Assembly (NCBI GenBank): GCA_001655205.1
Contig: LPNZ01008761.1
Coordinates: 1-55,975, forward strand
Direction: 5' to 3'
DNA: 55,975 nt
Source: Lenisia limosa
Lineage: Eukaryota; Protista; Breviatea
Of the stretch, positions 1 to 12,100 are shown piece after piece. Numbering within the stretch: the stretch's first letter is position 1; the number at the start of each line of letters is the position of its first letter. Below the pieces are notes generated by a model that saw only the letters and a list, made by a program, of their open reading frames with translations, did no database searches and was not told where the DNA came from. The position numbers and the translations under genes were made by a program.

Positions 1-1905
1 GAGGTTATTTCAAGAAAGCTATGGTGATGTTAGTTAGTTGGCAGATTCTGAGGTAATAAGAAGCAGTTTGGGGTTGGTTTAGTCAAACCCAACAGTTTTC
101 TTTGTCATCAGGTGTTTTGATCACTTCCATAGGATGCCTACAAAGAAGTATGTCATGTCTGTTGGCCTGTTGCTTTGTCTACCCTAGACCCTGCGAATAA
201 TACATGCGCTCAAGGTGAGACATTGTGTTTATTCATTGATATGTACTACATATTGCCTTGTTGTAAATTTTCATCTTTACCAAATACGTATACATTTAAT
301 ACTCTCCCATTTGTTGCAGAATCTTTGACGAGTTAGGACACCCTTGGACCCCAATTGATGTTGTTCGTGACATGGGAACCTACGTACCTGCTCGAAGTCC
401 GCCCCTCACTGCTCGATTCCAGATCTGCCCTGTCAATCATACACATGACGAAAACCATGGCTGTATCTACGCCCACTCCAGAGAGGAACTCCTTTATTGG
501 CAGCATTTGCTCCGAGCTGGCCGTTGGAATCCTCCGCCGTCCTCTGTTGTTCGTCTCAGAGGCATCCCGTACAACTCTCGTGTTGTTGAGATCTTCTCGT
601 ACTTCCATCCTCTTGAGGTTTCAGGGGTATAATTCTGTTAATAATGTGAATTATTGGGAAGCGCTCCTGATCATTTTTCTGTTTTTGAATATTCTAGATT
701 GTACCCGGCAGCGTGGTGTTGGTTGTATCGCCCACAGACGGAAGGCCAACTGGTGAGGCTTTGGCCCAGTTCACCAGCCATTCCGCTGCCCAAGCCGCCC
801 TAAGAATGTTGGGAGAGGAGAGGGGATGCTTATACATCCATATATGATATGTGTCCAGTATTTTTCTCTCATTTCCTCATGTTTGACCAAATAGGTCCGG
901 TTCTCGCTTCCGTCATCGTATTGTCGATATTTTCCCTGCTACCTCTGAAGAACTTTTGGAAGCTGCTGCTATTCCGAGACGGCACTCAAACACCTTCTCT
1001 CCCAAGCATTCCCCCCTCCCCCAAAACCATACAAACATGCAGACAAGCCCCCACCACTCAAGACATGTTTACCCCCATCAATCAACGCAGATGTATCACT
1101 ATTCACCTCAGTTTTCATGGAAGCAAGAGCAGACTACGAAGTTTTCCAGTCCCTCTTTATGTGAGAGGGACATAGTGGTGGNNNNNNNNNNNNNNNNNNN
1201 NNNNNNNNNNNNNNNNNNNNNNNNNNNNNNNNNNNNNNNNNNNNNNNNNNNNNNNNNNNNNNNNNNNNNNNNNNNNNNNNNNNNNNNNNNNNNNNNNNNN
1301 NNNNNNNNNNNNNNNNNNNNATTGAAACTGTAAGCTCTTTTTTCTATACCAATGGTGGTATTTGAAGATATCTTGACTGCTTTGATTAACCCTTTTACTG
1401 TTTAGCCCGGAAGTCCCTGTCAAACCCCTCTTCCGAGCGAGAAACCCCTACCTGCGTGTCTGTCAAGTATGTGGAGTACTTTTGGTGTCAGTAGTCGAAC
1501 GAGTCTTCCCATCACTACTGTATTATTTACTTATGATAGAAAACAGCATAGTACTTATTGGCTTAGTTCCGATGAAGCATTGGACTGTTTGTGAAGTAGC
1601 TGTGTGGCTCAAATTTATCAACCTTGGAGATTTCCAGGACACTTTTTCACAACACTATGTCGATGGTAAGTGGATTGCCTCAGTTAATCAGTTTAAAGGC
1701 ACACTTATTTCATTTTTTTAGGTAGTGTTTTAGTAGAACTTTCTGAGACAGAACTGGCCACGGACCTGTCTCTTCCTTTAGGGTGTGTGGGGTTACTCTT
1801 CTCTTTCAATCCTAATTTTGTCCTTAATAAAATTACTCATATTTTAGCGCAAGGCGGCGAATTTTAAGAGGTATCCAATTGTTTCGGTCATATGTTCGTG
1901 ATTAG
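1..1905 (+). CDS. Multi-exon RNA-binding protein (5' partial): CCCH-like zinc finger, hnRNP F/H/ESRP-type quasi-RRM, low-complexity linker, C-terminal SAM domain
   Basis: Spliced translation gives FQICPVNHTHDENHGCIYAHSREEL (C3H1-like), VVRLRGIPY...SPTDGRPTGEALAQF...RHRIVDIFPATSEEL (qRRM) and WTVCEVAVWLKFINLGDFQDTFSQHYVDGSVLVELSETEL...LG ARRRILRGI (SAM); stop TAG 1903-1905; interrupted by gap 1182-1320. Confidence 0.8.
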
Positions 1906-2103
1906 CGATCATGTTTTTTCTCATTTTGTTGTTTCCTGGCACTGTGTGCATTTTTCTGTTTCACTTCTCATGCTACTTTTGTAACATGGGTTGATTTCAT
2001 ATTTGTTTTCATATAGACTGATTTTTTTATTATTATTATTGGAGCATGTGCTGAAACAATAATATAAATATTGCATTGCTACTTAAGATAATCTTATATT
2101 GTT

Positions 2104-3196
2104 CTATTTCTTGGGGTCAGCTGAAGGACCCATGATCCAGTCAGTGAATCCGTTCCATGGTCGATCTCCTTGATCAAAAATAAACACCTACAACGTGAGT
2201 CATGTCAAGATATCAGAATAGATCGAGGAACAAGAACAAACCTGGCTGGAAGTTAGTGACTTTTGAAGGCAGCCTCTATCCAGTTCGAAAAGCAGCATTG
2301 CCATACCCCAACTTAATGCACTAAAAGCTCGGAATCCCCACCATGGCGCGGGAATAAGACCTGAAATGTGATATCGTGATTACATTTCCATTTCCCTCCG
2401 CACCTTGTCTATTTGCATAGCTTGTTATTCCACTAATGCTGCGACTCAACATGTATAGGGCCTGGAAAATGAGTGGAATACTTGAGTTATGCTTGAGCAT
2501 ATGATTCCTATCATTTGTTTGGGATGATTGTTAACTCTATAAATCATTTTCACTTTTATTAGATTTGTAACTATTATTTTGGATGATTGTTAACTTTCAT
2601 TGTTAATTGTATGATTGTTAACTTTTGTTTGGGACGATTGTTACTTTCATGATTGTCAGCCCACAACAGATTAAGACTGCTTACCACTTGCTGCGCAATT
2701 GACGAGTTTTGATCACCCCATGCCACCGCAGCAGCAGCAGTACCAGCAATCATCCCATGAGCAATATGGTCCCTACCTAAATTGAGTTAATATCCATTTT
2801 GATGAAGTCTAACCTCTCAGCTTTGAAATGAGGAGTTGTAGTGCTTTGTAAAGGGATGCAAATACTGCTAAACGTGCTGCATGCTCCACAGTGAGTTTCA
2901 TGATCCCTAAAAGAAGTCAATCTTGATTTGATACTGATGGCCAGAAATTACCATGGCTTCTTTCAATTTAACCTTACCATAGAGTTTGGTTTTGAGTGGC
3001 CCAGGACGGAAAAGAATGGACATGACAATTGAATGAGCACCGCGCACCTTCATATCAGAGTTAGTAAAAACACATGTCAAATGTCACATTTTGTAATTAA
3101 CACGTTACCCACTTTTCCACCATAAACAACACCATTTCTGAGAGTGTGAAAAATTCTGGCAACAGCTTCCGAATAAGCAATGTCGCTGTATGTCAT
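2104..3196 (-). CDS. PXMP4: Peroxisomal membrane protein 4 (Tim17 family)
   Basis: Seven spliced exons give RNGVVYGGKVRGAHSIVMSILFRPG, EHAARLAVFASLYK, ALYMLSR, SWGMAMLLFELDRGCLQKSLTSSQVFIF..PWNGFTDW, colinear with human PXMP4 motifs (RNGAVYGAKIRAPHALVMTFLF, MYLLSR, LQPSLQSSMTYLY). Confidence 0.88.
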
Positions 3197-3544
3197 TGTC
3201 ACTCTCCTTGCTGTTTACAGCAGATTACAATTGAGACTTGGAATTGGTGGACTTATTTGGACAATGATGGTGTGATGGTGTATGGCAGAATTTTCCTCAA
3301 TTTTTGATTACTGATATCAGACTAATATTTGTTATGGTTGAATTTATGAATGAGGCAATGAGGTGAGATTGTGGATTGTGGATTGTTGCGAAGCGTATAC
3401 CATAAAGGGATGATCGGCTGGATCTTTCTTCTTAAGTTGTCACAGTTTCATGTTGAGTTGTTAGTTTATTTTATAGTAGCCGTGTTTTGTCCCTTTGAAG
3501 TAGATAGAAGCCGAAAGTAGCACTCGTTTTATTGTGATCTCAGA

Positions 3545-5033
3545 ATGGTTTGCTTAGTACAAGAAAAGGATCCTTTAACGTTATTCAGGCATCAAAATAC
3601 GATTCAAGAACCACGACATTCTCACCTGAAGGTTAGTATTTTATTTTTGTGAATTTGACCAATTGCTTTTAGGCCGTCTCTATCAGGTTGAATACGCCCT
3701 GGAAGCTATTAGCCATGCAGGAACATGCCTGGTTTGTTTTGTTAAATGGTTTTCTGACCAAGCTCTAGTGCCTCTCTGGTGCTGATGGCATCATTCTTGC
3801 GGCAGAAAAGAAAGTAACATCCACGCTCCTCGATTCATCAGCAAGAGAGGTTTGTAACTTGCCCCCTTTGCTCTTTTTCACCTGCCAGAAAATGGTAAAG
3901 ATCGATGAACATATTTGCTGCAGTGTTGCTGGAATCACAGCTGATGCCAATATTTTGATTGATGAAGCACGTTTGACAGCACAAAGACATCGGTATGATG
4001 GTCAACGGACTTGTTTTGAATTACTACCAAGGCTCCAATGCTTGTTTTACATAGGGTGTAATCTGCCTGCTAATACTTACTTGTTTTTTTCACCACATTA
4101 GCCTAAACTATGGGCAACCTATCCCTGTTGAAATGCTGGTGCGCTCCATGTCAGATACCAAACAAGGCTACACCCAATGGGGAGGTGGGAAGGAAGAAGA
4201 AATAAGTTTGAAGATGATTGTTCAATAATGCCCTTCCATTTGATCAAAGCTCTTACGTGGTCACCTTCCAGGACTTCGTCCCTTTGGTGTTTCCTTCCTT
4301 TTTGCTGGATGGGATAAGCAGAATGGCTATCAGATTTATCAGACCGACCCTTCAGGGAATTACTCAGGTTGGAGGTGGAGGAGGAGTCTACTCCCAATGA
4401 GCTTTGCTCCATTAAACTGATTAATTCATTTATTAGGATGGTTTGCCTCCGCTATTGGTTCAAATAAGGCTGCAGCTGTGGCCATCTTGAAGACTGTAGG
4501 CTGGAGTGTGGTGAAACATTCATATTTGTGTGTAATTTACGTTTTTTTGTTTGCTTGGAGAGGGGGTATCTGAGTGGAATTCAAATGAAAGCCACTGATT
4601 GTGGTGTATATCTCGTCTTGCGTTACACTCAGTGACTTTATTTATGTTAATTAAATGTTCAGGACTTTGAAGTGAAAAAGCCAATGGAAGACAATTTGAA
4701 CCTTATCGGCAAAATCCTGTCTAAGACTTCCGACTCTGCGAATCTTACACATGAAAAACGTGGGTTATGAACACTGATGGTTAGTTCGATACCGAGATTT
4801 TGAATTTCTTTGGCTCCACTAACCCACTCAGTTGAGCTAGCTAGTTTGAGGCTCCAAGATAACGTTCCTGTTTTCCATGTTTTCTCGGAAGAAGAAACCA
4901 CTGAGTTCCTCAAGCAAAGAATTCCGTGGGTGAAAAGTAACTTTGATTCATTTCTTCCCAACATGGACATATTTCAGATGATTAAATAACCACCGATATG
5001 ATAGATATTGACCCTTTTAGTAAGGCCGAGTAA
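3545..5033 (+). CDS. PSMA4: 20S proteasome subunit alpha type-4 (alpha3/Pre9)
   Basis: ATG-only first exon, then [82 protein letters not shown]; the last micro-exon (KAE*) is inferred. Confidence 0.95.
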
Positions 5034-5246
5034 ATTTGAGACAGACGTTTCCAGTTTAAGTTGTATCCACCAAGATGTCTGATATAAACTTTTTAAGACT
5101 TCATGGGCTTTTCCCAAATTCAAATAATGTCATATATTTTCATTATGCTGGGGAGGTACGCAGAAAGCTATGTGCACAGAGTTGTCAGGCAAATGATTGG
5201 GTGAATTAATAATTATCGTACTATAATCATTATAACCATTATAAAT

Positions 5247-5277
5247 GTGATGCTGTGGACGGCTTCGGCCTGATACT
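5247..5277 (+). repeat. Dispersed short repeat, copy A
   Basis: TGTGATGCTGTGGACGGCTTCGGCCTGATACT between the convergent 3' ends of PSMA4 and the Myb gene. Confidence 0.75.
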
Positions 5278-5369
5278 CTATTTCTACATATTATAATACA
5301 TAGTATAACTCCACATTTCCTTTTACTGTACAACTAATACAAATATACCATAGACTTTGAGTTTTTTTT

Positions 5370-8300
5370 TTAGTCTCTGATTTTGCTTCGATATTCGTCG
5401 ATATTGTCCGGCGTGAGCACCACCAAGTCTTTCAATGACACCTTTTTCTAAGGATGTCAGAAAATAATTTTTCGGATAAAGAAAGGCAGTCTCGATAACA
5501 CCCTCCAACTCTTGTAATGGGGCAGTTTTTCTTTGTGATTTTCCCGGTTTCATCCTTCATCTCCAAACATTGCTGCCATGAAGTCATACCCATCACCACT
5601 CCAGCTGGGGAAATTGCGGGAACCTAAGTCGAATTGAATTGGTTTAAAGAGCATAGAAAACAACGACTGTTAGTTAGAAAGGCACCCACCTCCACTTTCT
5701 CCAATGTGATGGGGTCCAAATGGTCGGGTAAAGGATTGATATAGTCGTCTGCCGTGTTAGTGGTTGTAGATCATTGCAAGTTAGGGGATATTGAAGCTAT
5801 AACTCAGAATAAATTGCCGGCATACTTCCAAGAGTTCGTCTTCTGACATGGCGATTGGGGTCATAGTCAATGGAGGGGGCTTCATCAGCTGTACCCCGAG
5901 TACGCCCGGCGCGACCGGATGTCACTGAATTGTAAAAATAAACCGTTTGGCTTCATATCGACGCTTATAAAAAATGTAACACTGAAAGGTCCAAAAAATG
6001 TAACACTGAAAGGTCCCTTCGAGCAATATTTGTTATTGACAAATTAATCAAGAAGTGCGTTTGAGATAAAAACATGAATAGTCTGTAGGAAAACCCTTGT
6101 TCAATATAAGCTCTATAATAATAATCCCTCCAACTTGTCAGAATTGGTGTTTTCACCGTATCAACAACAGCAATCTTCTTTGGTACCGTCTTTTTCGATG
6201 TGGCTGTTTTCTCGACTCCCTTTTTTTTCCTGCCTCGAGTTTCCTTTTTGACTTGGGGATCAACTTTCTTCTTTGTCCTTTTCGGAGTCTTCTCTGCCTT
6301 CATATTTGACTCATCTTCTGTCTTTTTCTCTCCTTCATCTCCAACTTTTTTCTCATTATCATCTTCTGCTTTCTTCTTTCCCCCTTTCCCCTTTTCTGGC
6401 TGTTCGGGTTGATTTTCACTGTTTTCAATCGCTTCTTTTGAGCTCTCATCAACACTTTTCTCCTTTTCTTCCATCTTTTCTTCTGCCTTTTCTTCCACTT
6501 TTTCTTCTATCAATTCTTCCTCGGCCTCATCCTTCTTCTCTTTGGCCTTCGTCTTTGTCTTCTCCTTCTTAACTGGTTTGCTACGTGCTTTCTTTGGGGC
6601 CGCTTCCACTTCGCCTAGTTCCCTCTGGAGAATCTTGCGCTAAATTTATGAGAATTATATTCAACAAATCCAACCTTTTGGGAGGGAACAAATTTGAATT
6701 CTCCATCAGGCATTCGTACATAGTTGGGGTCCTTGTATACGCCTTGCTTCAACAATTTCCTAAAGAAACGAGTGAAACATAGCTTATAAAAACAAGTCAT
6801 ATTGCCAATACAAGTCTCCACAAACACAAACCTGTAATAATTTGCACACTGGTAACCCACGCGTCCAGGAATCGCCTTAAATAGTGACCAAAAACTGAAC
6901 AATGCTGGTTCTTTGTAAATCCCGTCAAATAAGATGTAAAGCTCCACCCCAAACGCACTTTGGAGAATATTCCCCATTGTCCTTCTGCACCAATTTCCTT
7001 GTGTCGCGCAACAAACAACTTATGTTCGTCATCTGTCCACGGACCATTAGCTTGGTCTCCAGATTCATTGAAGCGATACAGGTATCTGAAAAGATAAATG
7101 GAATTCAAAGGGTAAAAAAGCCAACTTATTGGGGTTTTTATGTCGTTGACTCCAAGCAGTTTTTCGTGCTTCTGACCTATGAGATGACAACAAGCAGAAA
7201 TAATTCACATTTCGAAACAATTCATGAAGAAAACAATCTAAGAAAGTGCCTCATACCATCCTGTTTGGCTGTCCACATTCTTCATAGCATCGTTAAGCTT
7301 TAAGCGAGGCTTTTCATAGACCTAAACAGTAAATCAGACAAACACATTTTGAAACTAACTTTGTTTCTCTGACTCATAGTGACGCGATACAACAGGGCTT
7401 CGTGCGGGGTCATGTTCTTATTGACGGTCTCCCTGCGATAAGATGAGAGAATACAATAGAGAATGTAGTCGAAAGATGCCATGAGCTGAACAAGTAATAA
7501 AACCTGGTCGTTCTTAAAACAACCCTATTTTCCCGAGACAAACCTCAAAATGGCCTTTCTAGCTCGCTTTATAGGTTGTTTGACTTTTTTGGAGGTTTTC
7601 TTGGCGCCAGTCTTTCTTTCAGCAAGTCGTTTTTTTCGAGCTTCAGCTTGCTCTTCCGGCGTCATAGCATTGTATTCGTCAAGTTCCTCTTCTGACATCT
7701 ACTAGGATCACTTTTTTGCACAATTCAGGGAATATTGAAGAATACAAAACCCAAATATATTTGGATATGATATTTATATATGAAATGTATGTTGAGAAAT
7801 TAAACAAGGTGGTAACTGACCAAAGCGGTCCACACTATCACACTGCATGTATAGGATGATTTGACAAAATATCATTCATTATATCATACTATATTAACGT
7901 CAATCTCACCTCTTCTTCACTTTCCGATTCCTCTTCTTCGGCCGTCAAAACGTTCTCAACAATGGACATAACCTGAGATATCAAAGAGTTTTAAAATTGA
8001 GGCACATATGTACACGAAGTTGAAGATTTTTAATGTTATTATAGCATACATCAGGAGCCGGGAGGGCAAGACACGCAAGAGCAGACTCGGGTTGCTGGCG
8101 CTCCATTGCCTCAACTGCGAGACTCTTTCTGACTGACTGGATGAACCTTGGTTGGGACAACTGCGTCAATGCTACTTCCTAAGGATGTAAGTTGACATAG
8201 TACTGAATAACAGATCCCAGATGCTGTCTCTTACTACCTCGTTTCCTTCTGCGTAATTAACAACGAACTCCACTTCATCAGCACACATGAAAGGATAGAC

Positions 8301-8896
8301 TTCTCGGAATCTAAGCACCAGTAAACCAAAGAATTCAATTTCATATTTATTTGTAAATGAAAAAAAAAACAAAAAAAAACACAAAGGAGAAAGAGCTGAG
8401 GTACATTCAACCATAGATATGGTAGTTTCAACTGACCTCTGTAATCTGTTCCGCGCTTCTCTTGAATCCAAAAGTGCCATCTGCTTCTGGACAATCTTAT
8501 GACGTTCCTTGACCGGTTAGGCCTATAAAAGCTCAGGACATTTCCCCCTTCACCGCCAGTCCTACCCCTATCAGTTGACATTCCTCGGGTGTTGCCTCGC
8601 CTTTGTACGCATGTTCCTTTCGGATAAAGCCCAACTTCTCATTTTCAGCTGCAAGCTTTTCTATCATGTCAGAATCAGAAATATAAATACAGCCAAAAGA
8701 TAACCCAAACAATCCCAACACCTTGTTCCGCAATGATCTCCGCCTTGTCTTGAGACATATCATGACTTTCAATAAACGCCTTCTGTATGCTGTCTGCCAA
8801 ACCATCAAATCGCACAATAGAGGCATCACGTTTTTCAATGTCAATTGCCCGCCATTCTTTTGGAATGTAGTGGGAGAGGATAGGAGTCTGTTCCAT
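5370..8896 (-). CDS. Myb-like DNA-binding protein with N-terminal CUE-like segment, K/E-rich linker and C-terminal U-box/RING-like domain
   Basis: Spliced: GWSEARKTAWSQRHKNPNKYLYRFN..NGPWTDDEHKLF..GQWGIFSKAIPGRVGYQCANYYR (Myb/SANT); NPLPDHLDPITLEKVEVPAISPAGVVMG..CPITRKKVSLKDLVVLT (U-box-like); consistent GT-AG phases; start codon uncertain. Confidence 0.8.
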
Positions 8897-9191
8897 TCTG
8901 AAAAAAACGCGCACAGGATGTGTGCTGCCAGTTTATGTATTAGTCTTTTCTGCTCTTAATTAAACCAAGTGTGCTTTTTCTTTTTTCTGTCTTGTTCAAA
9001 CAGTTCAAAAGAAGAAGAGAAAGAAACGGAGGGGTTTATCCGGATCCCGGCCTGAACCAGATTATGTACAAACCCCCAGGAATTTCTAGTATTTAAAATC
9101 CTAAACATCCACATCCGAATTTCCATATTGGATTATTGGAGTATTAATGGAGTTCTAGAGTTATTAATATTTATATTCGAATTATATAATT

Positions 9192-12100
9192 ATGCGTTCA
9201 GGACCAATGAAATCCAAAAAGGGTAGTAGTAATCGTGTAATCCAGGTTGCTCCTCCTGTTAAAGCTCTTCCACAGTATTCAAAAATTGTAAAAAACGAAC
9301 AATTGAAAGCGGTATGTTATGGGCCTCTGTGTCTATGCACCCTTTCACTCCCGATTCCGTCCTAATACACCAGGTTGATCATGAAATTGAAGAAGCCTCA
9401 CAGTCGGCTGAACTTAGTTTGCTTTTCATACCATTCTTGTTTCCCCGAATTCACCTTCATTTGAATCTTACTCTCAGGCGGAGAAGCCCGCATCCCAGTC
9501 AAACTCTTTACCAAACTCTACGAAACTGCTAAAGGACATCCCTTCTTCCCCCCTTCAACTGTTTCGAGTGAGTTGTAATTTTCATTAATTAAAGGCGTCT
9601 TCCATCTCCATCATCATTGCCCAAACAATCTGCATATCTTCTTTTCATATTTCAGTGAAGAGCATCGACATCAAAGGAGAAGCAAAGGAGGAATATTGTT
9701 CCCTTTTAATGACTTTTGAGGTTGGTTCTTTTAGCCTTCACTGCCAAGTGTATGAGATCTTGCAGCCTGTATCAATCCTCATTTTCTAGATTGAGGCGTT
9801 TAACGAATGTTGGTGTGAAGTCCCCCTTCTGAGCACAGACGTGGCGGTTCTCGAAAGCAGTGAGCTAAGGCTTTATTAATTTCAATTTTCTTCATTGTTT
9901 TGCTTCTTTTTGCTCAATCTGTTACTAGGTGTCACCCATTCCGATGGAGAGAATTGCAGTGATATTGTCGCCAAGTGGGTATTTAATGACTTTTTTCTCT
10001 TTTTTTTTTTTTTTTTTTTCCAGAACAATTTTTTTTNNNNNNNNNNNNNNNNNNNNNNNNNNNNNNNNNNNNNNNNNNNNNNNGAGTTTTTGTGTTCCTA
10101 GGTGCCACTCTAAACAGTCAGGGACGGGGCCTATCATGCTATGTTGAACAAAGCGGGAACTTTCAAGGTCGCTGCCAAAGTTGCTGTCAAATACTCCAGC
10201 CAAAGAGCTCAGGAACTCTCTTTCGCTGTACCTCAGGCTGTGTCAACTTCAATGATTTGGACTATCAAGGTTGGCTTCACCTTTTTGCATGTAATGCTTA
10301 CTTTATAAGGAAAGTGACATTGAAGTCAAGGTGTATCCAAGCGTGATTTGTGAACAAAGCTACAAGGAAGGCGTAACGACCACCACTGCCCATATCCCCG
10401 CAACTGATAAGGTGAGCGTATGACAAAAGATCATTGCTTGCTTGTTATTTTATTTTCATTTCTAATTACTAGATTTCTGTCGAATGGAGCAAGAAAATTG
10501 AAGTTGAGGAAGAAGAGGTTAGTTGAAGTGGCTTAGAGATTATTCATTGTTTAGGAAGAGGTTATTGTAGTTCCTGTTGAAACCGTCGTCACTGCTGAGT
10601 CCCGGCATGTCCATAGCATTGGAGAAGGTAAGTAAAGGCCTTCTTCTCCCTCCTGCCAACCTTCATCCTTTTGACTATTAGGACTTGTCAAGGCCCAGGC
10701 AGACCTTCAATTTACTGTCGTGAGCGGAACCCGTTCTGGTTTGAGGGATGTTGGAGTGAGTATTGATTTATAGTGCACTAAATCATACACGCTCTATTTT
10801 TGAATGATTTTCCTTTCTATCCCTGCCGCTTTCCATGTTTAGGACTGAAAGTACTTTTTGAAAAACTCTGTTTCATGGTTCAGTTTTCGAGTTTGCCACG
10901 GCCAAGTCCACCCGTATCATTTCGGTCACTGGTCCATACCTCAAAAGATGGGACGTCGTCAATTCTAAGTGAGTATCTTCTTTTTAAGTGTTGAGGTTTT
11001 CTTTCTTTTTTACTACTTTAGGGAAGTGAGTGGAGTCGTGTGGGCTTAAGCAATAGGTTATTTCAAGGGTCTTTGTAGTTTTTCTTAAATAACAATTTTA
11101 GAGTGATACTGCTCAAGAGTCGGAGAAAGTATGCTGAGGAAATGGCCAGTACATTACTGAAATATCAATATTATTTGTTCTCATACTCATCTTCAGATTA
11201 TCCGAATCACGTTATCTCGCGAAGTGGATTCCAAGTTCTCTGCCCGTGTCATGTAAGCGGTACCTGTTCATTTTTTAGGGCTTCCCTGTATGGTCGTGTT
11301 TATCTTTGCGTATAGGTACGAATGTGACATGGCGGGAACCTCTTGTCAAGTTGAGCTGCCTACCCTGCGTGTTCTTAAGGTGGACGGCTTATCCTTCACA
11401 TCTNNNNNNNNNNNNNNNNNNNNNNNNNNNNNNNNNNNNNNNNNNNNNNNNNNNNNAAATATTTTTTTCCTGGGGGGGGGGGTATTTATGTGTTTTTCCA
11501 GGGAAGTATTCTCATCCTTCAAATTTTGCCCTCCTGAAGGCTCATTTCAACAGGTTGACCGTGAAACAGGCTATTTTGGTGTTGCTGCCCGCACCTCAGT
11601 CGAAGTCAAGGAAGTTTCTGTTTGCCCTGGTTTCTTTGTAATATTTTACTGAACTATCTTAATGTAAGTCACTGGCATAGTCATCCGGAGTCGGCCGTAT
11701 GGGAGTCAGCGAGGCTCAAGGCTACCTCAGCCACCTCTCTTCCAACCCCCTTCTCTTTGCGTACAAGTTCCTTCAGCCCAACATCCAGATGATCTTTGAT
11801 GTCAAAAAGGTGTGAAGGGTGAAAGGCTGATAGATTTCAGTTTTTTTGAGAATCGGGACTGCAGGGAATCCTTTAGTGCAAATAATACTGTTGGGACGAG
11901 TACTCCCGTCTTTTATCATGTCTAACGATGTAGCATGGGGATGTTGAGGTCCTCATTGCAACCTGTGATGTTGCTCATCTTTTGGCCTCATTCGCTGATG
12001 ACCGTGTCGTTTACGAGCACACATTGGTGGTAAGCTAACTACCCAGATAATATTTATTATATTATCAGATAATAAAATATCCATTACGCCTTCTTTAATG

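Noticed and set aside
7697-7920. Split of the Myb locus into two genes at about 7.7-7.9 kb
   Set aside because: Exons join in frame (..ESESEEE|MSEEELDE..) through a GT-AG intron, so a single gene is more parsimonious
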